From IMG/VR virus record IMGVR_UViG_3300046413_000510, positions 1-55,509 of that record: a stretch of 55,509 nucleotides of DNA. The stretch is one strand, 5' to 3'. Of the stretch, positions 46,416 through 54,940 are shown piece after piece; position 1 is the first letter of the stretch, and each line of letters opens with the position of its first letter. Both the position numbers and the translations under genes were made by a program. A model generated the notes under the pieces. That model did not search any database, had not been told where the DNA came from, and was given only the letters and a program-made list of their open reading frames with translations. This DNA is from a virus (lineage: Duplodnaviria; Caudoviricetes).

Positions 46416-46663
46416 TACTGCTGACTCTTGAATGGGTCACTTTGTTCAAAGTAAGTTTTAATTACTTCTAACTGGTCGTGATACTTAGCAATAACTTCTA
46501 ATTCTTTTTCAACTGCGTCTAATACATCAGGATGTTCACCAACTCCAGCGGCGTTCTTCAAGTATATCTCAACGTTCATTGAGTGTTTTTTAATATGGCC
46601 TTTGGCGTGGTCTTTAATCGCCTCAATCATATTGTCTCTGTTATATTCATTAATGTTTGCCAT
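46415..46663 (-). CDS. Conserved small marine-phage protein
   Basis: HAKG.I.KH..NVEIYL.N.AGVGEHPD..AVE.EL..IA.Y. Confidence 0.85.
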   Translation of the reverse strand: MANINEYNRDNMIEAIKDHAKGHIKKHSMNVEIYLKNAAGVGEHPDVLDAVEKELEVIAKYHDQLEVIKTYFEQSDPFKSQQ

Positions 46664-46808
46664 TTTTTTTCTCCTTTAATAATCTACCATAATTTGGCCA
46701 TCCGAATTTATCTGGTGATTCGTCTGTATATCTCCAACGTATAACACCTGTATTAGGATTTCTTTCAAATATTTTAGGCCTAGATATATTGTTCTTCTTC
46801 GTTGCCAT
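46650..46808 (-). CDS. Small hypothetical protein
   Basis: MATKK...KIFERNPNTGVIRWR, SD AAGG. Confidence 0.6.
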   Translation of the reverse strand: MATKKNNISRPKIFERNPNTGVIRWRYTDESPDKFGWPNYGRLLKEKKNGKH

Positions 46809-47370
46809 ATATTTTACCTTCTTTGTACCAATCTGGTACTTTTGCTGGACTTTTCCACGTAGCAAATCTTTTCTTCTCTAGTATATAATAGTTTCTATAA
46901 CTAGCTACTGCGTCACCATCAACTTTGCAATATTCAGGCATTGCTGGTTTAGGGTCTGTTGCAATTTTATTATATTTAGCGTTTTTAGGTGGATGTTTTA
47001 ATATGTCACCTAGTTTATCAATAGTCAAATGATTTTTTGTATGATTATATCTTTTCTTGTATTCTTCATTAAGAGCCATCATATGTTTATATAACCAAAT
47101 ATAGTTGTAAGCAGATTCAAATAACCATATTGTACTAGGGTGTTTTACCCAACCTGCTTTGTATAAAATAGGTTCTAAATTAGAATTAGGGTGTTTCCAT
47201 CTTTTAATCTTACGACCATTTTTAGTCTTGTCATAATACTCTGTACCATCTTGTACACGGTGGCAAGTTGATAATAGTTGTGCTGATTCTAAAATCATTT
47301 TGACAATATGTTTATCACACATTTGTTCAGCAGCTTTTACTGGATGTTTATCTACATAAAATACATTCAT
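46780..47370 (-). CDS. Pyrimidine-dimer DNA glycosylase (DenV-like family)
   Basis: MNVFYVD..P..AA...CDKHIVKMILESAQLLST, HPS.IW, EY..RY...H, AMPEY. Confidence 0.8.
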   Translation of the reverse strand: MNVFYVDKHPVKAAEQMCDKHIVKMILESAQLLSTCHRVQDGTEYYDKTKNGRKIKRWKHPNSNLEPILYKAGWVKHPSTIWLFESAYNYIWLYKHMMALNEEYKKRYNHTKNHLTIDKLGDILKHPPKNAKYNKIATDPKPAMPEYCKVDGDAVASYRNYYILEKKRFATWKSPAKVPDWYKEGKIYGNEEEQYI

Positions 47371-47555
47371 TAATGTATTGCCTTCCTAAAATAATCCATC
47401 TTATCATACTTTTCACATAAAGCCCTAAAGGTATTGTACCAAAAGTTCTTACCCCAATCGTTAGTTGCTTTCTTACATCTATCTTCAGCGCTTTTGATAC
47501 GCCTCATCTGTAAGTCTGGATGGATTAGTTTATTAATATCATCTGTCATAATCAT
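47370..47555 (-). CDS. Small hypothetical protein
   Basis: ATG lies 7 nt after a perfect -10. TAATG-coupled to the next gene. Confidence 0.65.
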   Translation of the reverse strand: MIMTDDINKLIHPDLQMRRIKSAEDRCKKATNDWGKNFWYNTFRALCEKYDKMDYFRKAIH

Positions 47556-47562
47556 TTGTTTC

Positions 47563-47591
47563 ATTATACCTCATTATATAGTTATTGTCAA
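47563..47591 (-). promoter_or_regulatory. Consensus sigma70 promoter
   Basis: TTGACA-N17-TATAAT. Confidence 0.85.
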
Positions 47592-47594
47592 GCT

Positions 47595-47759
47595 TTATTT
47601 ACCTGCATTGGCACCATTTGTTATAATGGTTCTAAAGAGTGTGAATTTAGGGTCTTTCCAATCTACCGTTTTCTCACATTTGTGAGGCGATATACAGGTT
47701 GTTTTCATACAACCCATTAGTAAACTACTTATCGCTAGAAGGATTAATATTCGGGTCAT
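47595..47759 (-). CDS. 54-aa lipoprotein (not in ORF track)
   Basis: MTRILILLAISSLLMG-CMKTTCISPHKCEK..., lipobox LMGC, SD GGAG. Overlaps the 3' end of the upstream gene. Confidence 0.65.
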   Translation of the reverse strand: MTRILILLAISSLLMGCMKTTCISPHKCEKTVDWKDPKFTLFRTIITNGANAGK

Positions 47760-48783
47760 TCCACTCCATTATTTGGTCTAGTTTGATTCGTATTGCGTCA
47801 GGATCCAGACCTAGTTCCGTTAGTTCTTTAGTACCCATTTGTCTAAAAAAGTTTTCATAATCTCTATTCTTTAGGTTTCTTTTACCTAACTTGTCAAAAA
47901 AGTCTTTATAAACTTTTTGCTTATTTCGGAGGTCTCTCGCTTTAGCTTTTGCGTTAGTAGCCTCTTTTTGCCAGTTTCTTTGTCTCGTAGCCTTTGCTTC
48001 TGCTTCTTGTTTAATTTCTTTTTTCTTGTTTCGGTCATTATTCCAAGTCCTCAATGATATGTTGGCCGCTATTAATAGTAATACTGCTAATGGGTCAAAT
48101 ACAAATATTAAAACCATTATAGCATATCTAACAGCTTCGTCAAAATGGTCTTTTGCATTTTCACCATATATTAATTCTGCTATGTATTTAAGTGGACCAA
48201 CCTCTGCCTCTATCTTTTGTTGTTCCAATTCTACTGAAGATTTTTCTTTATATAATTCTGATATATTAAACGTAGATTTTTTAATTTCTTCTTTTAATAG
48301 ATTTCTTTCATCTTCTTGTTTTCTTCTTTCTTTTAAACCTCTTGTAGCATAATCATTATCTAAATAAACTTCTATTGATTTATCTAATTGTAATAAAGTT
48401 TTCTCTGCTCGTTCTATATTACGTTCTTCTTGTTGTATTTGTTTATCAATTAAACTAGTTTGTATTGTAAAGTTTGCTTGAGGTTGTACACTATCTAGGT
48501 GTGCTTTTGATAAGAAACCAAAAATACCCATAGACGTTATAAAAATTAAAACTATAACAGCACTTGTTAGATATGCTTTTATAGTTTTAGGTACAAGTGA
48601 ATTTGACCAGTTGTTATACAACCAACTGGCGGCGACTAATTTACCTACTTCTAATGCACTACCCATAGCAATGATAGGTACGTATGCACCGGCAAATATT
48701 GTGGCCAAACCTATAATGGAATAACCTGCGGCTATTACAGATATAGAAATGGCACTTAAAAAAGTTAAAAATATTGTAAACAT
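47725..48783 (-). CDS. Inner-membrane protein with long coiled coil
   Basis: Three N-terminal TMs (LEVGKLV, TSMGIFGFLSKAH), coiled coil, EVGPLKYIA, VFDPLAV TM. Confidence 0.8.
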   Translation of the reverse strand: MFTIFLTFLSAISISVIAAGYSIIGLATIFAGAYVPIIAMGSALEVGKLVAASWLYNNWSNSLVPKTIKAYLTSAVIVLIFITSMGIFGFLSKAHLDSVQPQANFTIQTSLIDKQIQQEERNIERAEKTLLQLDKSIEVYLDNDYATRGLKERRKQEDERNLLKEEIKKSTFNISELYKEKSSVELEQQKIEAEVGPLKYIAELIYGENAKDHFDEAVRYAIMVLIFVFDPLAVLLLIAANISLRTWNNDRNKKKEIKQEAEAKATRQRNWQKEATNAKAKARDLRNKQKVYKDFFDKLGKRNLKNRDYENFFRQMGTKELTELGLDPDAIRIKLDQIMEWNDPNINPSSDK

Positions 48784-48787
48784 AGTA

Positions 48788-49495
48788 TTATTTATTGTTT
48801 TCGGAAACAACCTTATCTATCTTCTCTATCATTCTAATTACCCTCTTGTCATAATCTTCAGTTGTAGAAAATGCTTTTAATGTTTTAATTAGTTTTTTAG
48901 AATCTAGTTCTTGATTTTTTGCCCACATCTTTTGCCTTAATTTTCTAAAGTCTTCATATGCTGGGTGTTCATTCAATAATCTAATATACTCTTTAACACT
49001 ATCACATTTTGTTTCAAATTTTCTAACACCCCAACCCGGCCATTTTGTTATGCCTTCTGGTAATAAATGTGGTGCTGTTGATTTAAACACTCTGATACCA
49101 AACAAGTTGTTTGCTTCTTTTGCAAATCTTGATTGACCCCAACCAGACTCTAATACTGCTTGACCTATTAACATCTGTATAGGCACTCTTTTGTCTGCTG
49201 GCGTGGTAAAGTTTATGTAATCTACACAATACTTTACTGATTCAATAAACTCATAATTTGTTTTGTATCTCATTTCTGGTGGATATAAACCAAGGTTTTG
49301 AGCCCATATTGTATGCTCTTGTCTTAACTCTTCGTTTGCCCACTTCTTTGCTAGAGGATTTGGATAGAAAGTTCCTATACCATAAACGACCCCTAACATT
49401 ATTAACGACCAAATAATTCTTTTTGACCAGTACCATATTTTTTTACTCATATTACTTTCTATTATTTTGGTTTCTATTTTAGTTTTTTTTCTCAT
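48788..49495 (-). CDS. Membrane-anchored glucosaminidase (GH73/Bax-like)
   Basis: QAVLESGWGQSRFAKEANNLFGI, Y..LLN.HPAY..FR.LR, FSTT.DY. N-terminal TM. Confidence 0.88.
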   Translation of the reverse strand: MRKKTKIETKIIESNMSKKIWYWSKRIIWSLIMLGVVYGIGTFYPNPLAKKWANEELRQEHTIWAQNLGLYPPEMRYKTNYEFIESVKYCVDYINFTTPADKRVPIQMLIGQAVLESGWGQSRFAKEANNLFGIRVFKSTAPHLLPEGITKWPGWGVRKFETKCDSVKEYIRLLNEHPAYEDFRKLRQKMWAKNQELDSKKLIKTLKAFSTTEDYDKRVIRMIEKIDKVVSENNK

Positions 49496-49498
49496 ACA

Positions 49499-49819
49499 CT
49501 ACTTTTTAATTGCTATGTATTCAAAACCAGTAATATCATATGGTTCTTGTTCACCATATTCTGACCAACTGCCAACAGAGATAGGTTTCATACGTTTCTG
49601 TAAGAACATAATATTAGGATTATTATCCATAATCTTATTCATCTTCTTAAAGATTTTCTCTGATTGTTTTTCAGTAAAGTTATTCATAACATCTGTTGCC
49701 CAATTACCAGTATAATAGGTAATCTTCTTTTCTTTGTTATTCTCAAACTTTTCTAGGTTGATTGGCACACTATTGATTATGTGCTTAAGATGGTGGTCTA
49801 GTTCTTTCGTCTTTCTCAT
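49499..49819 (-). CDS. Hypothetical protein
   Basis: 106 aa, SD GAGGA. TYYTG...QKR...FEYIA pattern. Confidence 0.75.
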   Translation of the reverse strand: MRKTKELDHHLKHIINSVPINLEKFENNKEKKITYYTGNWATDVMNNFTEKQSEKIFKKMNKIMDNNPNIMFLQKRMKPISVGSWSEYGEQEPYDITGFEYIAIKK

Positions 49820-49843
49820 TATATAGTCCTCTCACTTTGTTAA

Positions 49844-50260
49844 TTATAAACCTAGACCTAGGGTCTTGGCCTTTTTTTCAAACGACCAGAATATCTTGTT
49901 ATGATTTCCTGTGTCGCCCAAATTCTGCATTTGATATAGATGTACCATTTCGTGGCACAATGTATCAAGAAAGTATTGGAAGCTTGGATACTTTGGTAAC
50001 ATTTCAAGATGATATCTTCTAGTACCTTTTCTCTTCCACTCCAGTATGTTAACTTGACCAACACATTTTTGTCTAGCCAAGTTTTTAATTTCAACTTCGT
50101 TGAACGGTGATAATTTGCCACCGAACATTCCTTCATTAATGTATTTAAAATATTGTTTGATTGCTTTATAGGTAGTTTTATATTGTCTCTCGCCAGAGGC
50201 ATTTACACCTCTCTTGATAAGTTTTTTGACTTTGAGTTTTTTACTTGTAAGTTTTGGCAT
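49844..50260 (-). CDS. SprT-like zinc metalloprotease
   Basis: IN..MF...L, TLCHEMVHLYQ (HExxH), H...F. Confidence 0.85.
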   Translation of the reverse strand: MPKLTSKKLKVKKLIKRGVNASGERQYKTTYKAIKQYFKYINEGMFGGKLSPFNEVEIKNLARQKCVGQVNILEWKRKGTRRYHLEMLPKYPSFQYFLDTLCHEMVHLYQMQNLGDTGNHNKIFWSFEKKAKTLGLGL

Positions 50261-50263
50261 TTT

Positions 50264-50584
50264 TTATTCTTTACATTCATAGGAGCCACCTTCAAGTAAT
50301 TTACATTTATATATTTTATCAGCGTTTTGTCTCATTTCAGAAGCAATACCTTCTAAAATATTTGGTAGATGTTTTTGTAAAACAAAAGTCATTTCAGTAG
50401 CAAAATTATAAGTCAACTTTTGCAACTCTGCCTCTAATACAGAGGTATCTACGTTACCACCATTTACTTTAGTTTGTATTATATGACCAATAACTGCTGT
50501 GTTATAGTCATTTGCTTTTACTGAATTTGAAATAGCACTTAAGCCAAACCATACAACCGCCAGTAAAAATATCAACTTTTTCAT
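50264..50584 (-). CDS. Secreted hypothetical protein (first gene of an early operon)
   Basis: Signal peptide ending VKA, SD TAGGAG. Confidence 0.8.
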   Translation of the reverse strand: MKKLIFLLAVVWFGLSAISNSVKANDYNTAVIGHIIQTKVNGGNVDTSVLEAELQKLTYNFATEMTFVLQKHLPNILEGIASEMRQNADKIYKCKLLEGGSYECKE

Positions 50585-50616
50585 AATGTAATCTCCTATT
50601 TTATATTTATAGGTAT

Positions 50617-50645
50617 AGTATATACTACCAACAGCGACAAGGCAA
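50617..50645 (-). promoter_or_regulatory. sigma70-type early promoter, with a late TATAAATA just downstream (50604-50611)
   Basis: TTGCCT-N17-TATACT, preceded by AAAAAAGTGC like the promoter at 25916. Confidence 0.8.
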
Positions 50646-50697
50646 GCACTTTTTTAAATAAAAAAGCGAGTAAAATCAATGGTTTTTGATTTATTTT

Positions 50698-50712
50698 GTT
50701 CTATTTTTGTTC
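50698..50712. promoter_or_regulatory. GTTC-N7-GTTC direct repeat (alphaproteobacterial LexA-box consensus)
   Basis: GTTCtatttttGTTC, 52 nt upstream of the -35 at 50645. Confidence 0.55.
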
Positions 50713-51249
50713 TGGTTTGACATAATTATCGTCCCAACCAAACGCTTCCTTGACTACCGAATCACTTAAACCCTTATATACTTTGTTCAATTTCTTATCT
50801 TTCATATCAAGTAATACTTGAGCTTCTTCTTGTTGAAGACCCTCTAATATCTGTATATACATTGTTTCTTTTTGAGTTTTAGTGGTCTCCGGGTCTGCAC
50901 CCTCTACAAAATGCCACAATCTTTTTGCTTCATTCTCTAATAGAGTATGTTCAGTTCCTTTAGGTGCTTCGTTAGCCATATATGGTGGTGTACCATTTGG
51001 TAATGACCATTTTATATTAGGGTCAAAAGAACCTTTTAAAACCATTCTCAAAGAAGGCGAGTCATATTGTTTTAAGACTTGTATCTTCTTTGCTTTGTCT
51101 TTAGCGTTGTTTACTTTAGTTAGAATTTCTGAAATCATTATCTGACCTGAAGCTTCGTACCCTTTACCAGAGTCCATAGCTGCTTTAGGCATAATACCTA
51201 ATCTTTGCTGGTGTTGTGATTCCATAATCTTATTATCATTTTCTGCCAT
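50701..51249 (-). CDS. Conserved T4-like hypothetical protein
   Basis: ISEIL..V..AK....KI..L......LR..L...FDP...W.LP.G.PPY, E.MYIQILEGL...EA. Confidence 0.85.
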   Translation of the reverse strand: MAENDNKIMESQHQQRLGIMPKAAMDSGKGYEASGQIMISEILTKVNNAKDKAKKIQVLKQYDSPSLRMVLKGSFDPNIKWSLPNGTPPYMANEAPKGTEHTLLENEAKRLWHFVEGADPETTKTQKETMYIQILEGLQQEEAQVLLDMKDKKLNKVYKGLSDSVVKEAFGWDDNYVKPEQK

Positions 51250-51270
51250 AATTTTCTCCAATTCGTATTA

Positions 51271-51495
51271 CTATTTATACTTATTTAGGTACTTCTTTTT
51301 GTACCATTTGTAAAATGCCTTGTCTGTAAATATCTCTGCAACCTCACTAGCAGGCACCTGGTCACTTCTTATACAATCAGCTAGAGATTGATATTCATAT
51401 GTATCCACTTTTCTGGTCATTGTTTTATCTTTACTCGCCTCTGCTAATGTCATTGTAAACCTATTGTTCTTTTCTTGTTTAAAATTTTCTGACAA
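51271..51495 (-). CDS. Small conserved hypothetical protein
   Basis: YQSLADCIRSDQVP...IF.D..F..WY. Confidence 0.75.
   Translation of the reverse strand: MSENFKQEKNNRFTMTLAEASKDKTMTRKVDTYEYQSLADCIRSDQVPASEVAEIFTDKAFYKWYKKKYLNKYK
51272..51279 (-). promoter_or_regulatory. T4-type late promoter
   Basis: TATAAATA upstream of 51249. Confidence 0.65.
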
Positions 51496-51691
51496 TATGT
51501 TTTCTTAATTCTTTTACAAAAAACTCTATCTTGTCTATACTAGCAATCAAGTTAGGGTCTGTAATATATTTTCCTTGGTCTTTTAATTCGTCATATTCTT
51601 TTAATGGAATCTGTACCATCGGACTTGGTGGTTGATGTTCGTTTTCCATTGTAGCGTCAAGCGCTCTTTGTTTTTCTTCACTATCTGTCAT
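51479..51691 (-). CDS. Small hypothetical protein
   Basis: 70-aa ORF following a terminator. Confidence 0.7.
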   Translation of the reverse strand: MTDSEEKQRALDATMENEHQPPSPMVQIPLKEYDELKDQGKYITDPNLIASIDKIEFFVKELRKHIVRKF

Positions 51692-51714
51692 AAAAACCTT
51701 TTGGTTAACCTTAA

Positions 51715-51743
51715 ATGAAAACAGGGGCCTTTAGGGCCCCTGT
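51715..51743 (-). terminator. Rho-independent terminator
   Basis: ACAGGGGCC-ctaaa-GGCCCCTGT stem followed by TTCATT on the - strand. Confidence 0.8.
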
Positions 51744-51757
51744 CTCCTATTTTTTTA

Positions 51758-52021
51758 TTATGCTGAGTAAGCAGTTTGCTTACCGAATACAGCGTTGATA
51801 CCAGCAGCGATAATCGCTTTTGATGGTGTTCCAACTCTGTAAGAAACGCCTTTTGAAGACCTATTTTCATAAATCATCATTCCTTCGTTTCTCAATTTCA
51901 TCACCATTGAAGCTGGTGATTTAAGGTCGTGTGTGTTTCTCAAAGTTTTCCAAGAAACCTCTGAACCTTTTGCGAAAAGGTTTCTTACCTTTTCAGTTTT
52001 AGTTAGCTTTGTTCTAGCCAT
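51758..52021 (-). CDS. Small basic winged-helix-like DNA-binding protein
   Basis: SPASMVMKLRNEG..IY.N......YR.GTPS. SD AAGGAAGAG. Has its own terminator. Confidence 0.7.
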   Translation of the reverse strand: MARTKLTKTEKVRNLFAKGSEVSWKTLRNTHDLKSPASMVMKLRNEGMMIYENRSSKGVSYRVGTPSKAIIAAGINAVFGKQTAYSA

Positions 52022-52155
52022 AGTATTACTCTTCCTTTCATTGAAGATATTTAAAAAGTTAAACATTATTGTTTACCTTACCTTTCTCTAGTGTTATGGT
52101 CACCACACCATTCAGAGTACATAGCGAACATTTGTTGTATGCCCTCCAGAATTCT

Positions 52156-52629
52156 TTAGTCATCAAGGTCAAAGTCTGGTTCAAACAGGTCTCCGCCTTC
52201 TCTTAAATAGTCTAATTCTTTTTTAATGTCTCTTGACAAAACATTTCTTGGTGGTTGTGGTTTTGTCAAAAACATATCATAAGTTATTTTAGCAGTTCTA
52301 AAATTGCCATCTTTATTGACTTTTAAATCTACCATTTTCTCACTCAATAATTGTGCTGGGTGAGCCATATCAAAATCTCTATACACTAAACCTCTTATCG
52401 TATCAATCACAATCGCCAAGTCTTTTGTAAAGGTTGTTGCATTTGTTTTAACACCTGAATCAACAAACTTTTTTAATAAATCAAATCCTATATCATCAAC
52501 TACTGATTCTATGAAGTCAATCGTTTGTTTCTTCTTTAAATCGTCAGCAAACTGACTCTTTGCCTTGTCATTGATTGGTACTTTCCTTTTAATCTTGTTC
52601 TCTGGAAAGAAAATGATATTATCACTCAA
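52156..52629 (-). CDS. Hypothetical protein
   Basis: NIIFFP N-terminal motif, acidic C-terminus. Confidence 0.75.
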   Translation of the reverse strand: MSDNIIFFPENKIKRKVPINDKAKSQFADDLKKKQTIDFIESVVDDIGFDLLKKFVDSGVKTNATTFTKDLAIVIDTIRGLVYRDFDMAHPAQLLSEKMVDLKVNKDGNFRTAKITYDMFLTKPQPPRNVLSRDIKKELDYLREGGDLFEPDFDLDD

Positions 52630-52891
52630 TTACTTCTCCCTTAAAATTAACTTGGTTCTTATCAGCAAAGTGTTCTACTAGTTGATTATAACCACCAATC
52701 AACTTACCGTCAATCTTAATTTGTGGCATAGTTCTAACATTTTTACCAATGTCTTCAACCAACTTTGTAGGGTCTGAGCCAAAATCTTTTTCTAAAGATT
52801 TTTCTTCGTATTCAAGGCCAAGATTTTTAAGTAATCCTTTGGCCTTGGTACAGAAGACACAATTGTTTTTACTATAAACTATTATTGTCAT
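52622..52891 (-). CDS. Glutaredoxin (NrdC-like)
   Basis: YSK.NCVFC..AK.LL, RTMPQI.IDG.LIGGY. Confidence 0.95.
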   Translation of the reverse strand: MTIIVYSKNNCVFCTKAKGLLKNLGLEYEEKSLEKDFGSDPTKLVEDIGKNVRTMPQIKIDGKLIGGYNQLVEHFADKNQVNFKGEVIE

Positions 52892-53492
52892 CTTTATTTT
52901 CTAATACTTCTTTATATGCGATATTAGCTTTCTCTTTTACATTGTAAGCGTCAACAGCCTCTTCAATGGTATAATTATACATCTTATTATACTCACCTAG
53001 TGGCAATCTCAAACCAATCCACGCTCTATAATAACCATTCTTTGTTAAGGTTACATCTTGTTTCCAAATTTCATAACCTCTAACTTTAGTATCTTTGATT
53101 ATATTTACTAGTGTAGATTCTACCTCTGATACGGTAGTTTTACTATGTGTTTTACCTAATTCAGTTATAAACTGCTTAGATTGTTTGTTCATTTCACCTG
53201 CAACAATATCAGCAATTTCTGATTTTGCATACATTTTTGCTTTCTCAATAGCAAGTTGTAGGTCTGGAGAAACGGATGTTGCTACACCAAATAGACATTC
53301 TTTATCTTTGCCTTTACCAAGTAAGTCTGTATCACAGGCTTTTCTCTCTGAATAATCTGCCATATACCACTTTGGTACTTGGTTCATAGTCTTTCCGTTT
53401 TCTGATTTAATTTTATAAGTACCACCAGCACAAGCATTAAGCATTAGCGCCAAACCTATAGCACCTATAATTTTCACGTTGTTTTTCATCAT
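52872..53492 (-). CDS. Lipoprotein (LPP20-like)
   Basis: Lipobox LNAC, VPKWY, S.DLQLAIEKA...AK. Confidence 0.8.
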   Translation of the reverse strand: MMKNNVKIIGAIGLALMLNACAGGTYKIKSENGKTMNQVPKWYMADYSERKACDTDLLGKGKDKECLFGVATSVSPDLQLAIEKAKMYAKSEIADIVAGEMNKQSKQFITELGKTHSKTTVSEVESTLVNIIKDTKVRGYEIWKQDVTLTKNGYYRAWIGLRLPLGEYNKMYNYTIEEAVDAYNVKEKANIAYKEVLENKDDNNSL

Positions 53493-53632
53493 AAGTTTTT
53501 ACTCTCCTTTACATCATATACTAAATTTTGTAAAAAGTCAAGCGTGGATTGAACGTATCCTAACGCTTGGTCACCTGATACATCATATACTATAATTAAT
53601 ACAAGAGCAATAATGATTATATTTCTAATCAT
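53489..53632 (-). CDS. 47-aa membrane peptide (not in ORF track)
   Basis: MIRNIIIIALVLIIVYDVSGDQALGYVQSTLDFLQNLVYDVKESKNL*. SD GGAGG, ATGA overlaps. Confidence 0.65.
   Translation of the reverse strand: MIRNIIIIALVLIIVYDVSGDQALGYVQSTLDFLQNLVYDVKESKNL
53513..53541 (-). promoter_or_regulatory. sigma70 promoter
   Basis: TTGACT-N17-TATGAT upstream of the LPP20-like gene. Confidence 0.6.
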
Positions 53633-54108
53633 TGAGTTACCTCCCATTTACCGTTTGTTTGAAGACACATCTTTCCAAATGATTTGAAAGCGTGTCCTGG
53701 CCGACTATAATATCGGCAATATGAAGGATTATTGGTATCGTGATAATAGAACATAGCGAATAAGTCCCAATAACTTGGTCCATCGAATCGCTTTCTACCA
53801 TCAGCACACTCCATAATCTCTTCTTTTATTATGGTATCACCTTTTTGTTTGATGACCACCTTAATAAAGCAGTATTGACCGTTTGTTTCCGCTGGGTCTA
53901 ATGGTTTAATTGTACTATGATATACAGATGTATCATTGTTTTGTTTTTCTATCTTATCTAAAATCTCTTCTACTTTGCTTACAGGATATGTGTCACCACT
54001 TAAATCGCCATTCTCATTGGCAACTGCAATACCCGATATAATTAAAAATATTATTAATATAAAAGACCAGACTAGATATTTCTTTTCATTATAATTAGGG
54101 TCAAACAT
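53629..54108 (-). CDS. Exported protein with C-terminal 17-kDa-antigen-like motif
   Basis: Signal/TM segment ending AVA. CR.Y...G.MCL..NG.WE. Confidence 0.7.
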   Translation of the reverse strand: MFDPNYNEKKYLVWSFILIIFLIISGIAVANENGDLSGDTYPVSKVEEILDKIEKQNNDTSVYHSTIKPLDPAETNGQYCFIKVVIKQKGDTIIKEEIMECADGRKRFDGPSYWDLFAMFYYHDTNNPSYCRYYSRPGHAFKSFGKMCLQTNGKWEVTQ

Positions 54109-54286
54109 ATTTTTTTAACTCCTCAATAGATTGTTTTGTATTATAAATCTCCTCTTCTAATTCTACTACTCTCTTGTCATTAGAAATTTCTATCTCTTCT
54201 TCTTTATCTTTTACTTCAGATTCTAATTGTTGTATTCTATCGTTGTATCTACTAGTGTACATTATGTCCTCGGCTTTTCTATCCAT
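54101..54286 (-). CDS. Small coiled-coil protein
   Basis: Glu/Lys-rich heptads. Start may be at 54262. Confidence 0.6.
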   Translation of the reverse strand: MDRKAEDIMYTSRYNDRIQQLESEVKDKEEEIEISNDKRVVELEEEIYNTKQSIEELKKYV

Positions 54287-54759
54287 TGACCATCAGGCAT
54301 TTGACAAGCAGTACCAAACACCACTTCTCTATTTACATTACCAACACCTATCAAAGGCCATTGATTAGTAATATCAACCGTAGCGTCATAATCTACACAC
54401 TTTATAGGTCCTTTCAAATACGACCTTGTTGTGTGTATAATACCACTATTACCTGTTTTTTGATTGTACCAATTTGTATAACTAGAACCGTTCGGACTAG
54501 TATTTAAATGGTCTACGAATACTGCGTTGTGAACATCATAATCACTTTTATACATAATTTCTGCACCTGCAAAAGCACCAATAATAGCACAAGCACCAGC
54601 GGCATATGGGTCGGTAAGACCGTGTTCTACACATACTGCTGTAGTAGTTGTACCACCTAGTATTGCACCTGTGGTAGACCTACTTGTACTACAATTTGTT
54701 AACGTCAACACCATTATAATCATAATGGTAATCTTTGTCAAGGGTGTTTTCATAATCAT
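54262..54759 (-). CDS. Glycine-zipper lipoprotein, rickettsial 17-kDa surface antigen-like
   Basis: Lipobox LTNC, GAILGG...GAFAG zipper, W.N..TGNSG, C.DY, GTACQMPDGQW. Confidence 0.85.
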   Translation of the reverse strand: MIMKTPLTKITIMIIMVLTLTNCSTSRSTTGAILGGTTTTAVCVEHGLTDPYAAGACAIIGAFAGAEIMYKSDYDVHNAVFVDHLNTSPNGSSYTNWYNQKTGNSGIIHTTRSYLKGPIKCVDYDATVDITNQWPLIGVGNVNREVVFGTACQMPDGQWIEKPRT

Positions 54760-54940
54760 TTATATTCTCAAAAAATTCTGAATCAACTTTAGTTTTGGCA
54801 ACTAATAATGAATCTGCTTGTATATTCTCAATTTTGTTTTTAAGTAAATAAGGGTCAGATGGCGGAGTATTACGTAAATCATCCGCCATTTTCTTAATAG
54901 AATCTATTTTATCACAAAAAGATTTTATATTCTGTACCAT
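54689..54940 (-). CDS. Hypothetical protein
   Basis: 83 aa, TAATG-coupled. Confidence 0.65.
   Translation of the reverse strand: MVQNIKSFCDKIDSIKKMADDLRNTPPSDPYLLKNKIENIQADSLLVAKTKVDSEFFENINDYENTLDKDYHYDYNGVDVNKL
54713..54741 (-). promoter_or_regulatory. Consensus sigma70 promoter inside overlapping ORF ends
   Basis: TTGACA-N17-TATAAT. Confidence 0.55.

Noticed and set aside
52070-52155. Possible structured leader upstream of the winged-helix gene
   Set aside because: Only an imperfect hairpin (GAGGGCATA/TATGTACTC) and no recognisable riboswitch consensus.
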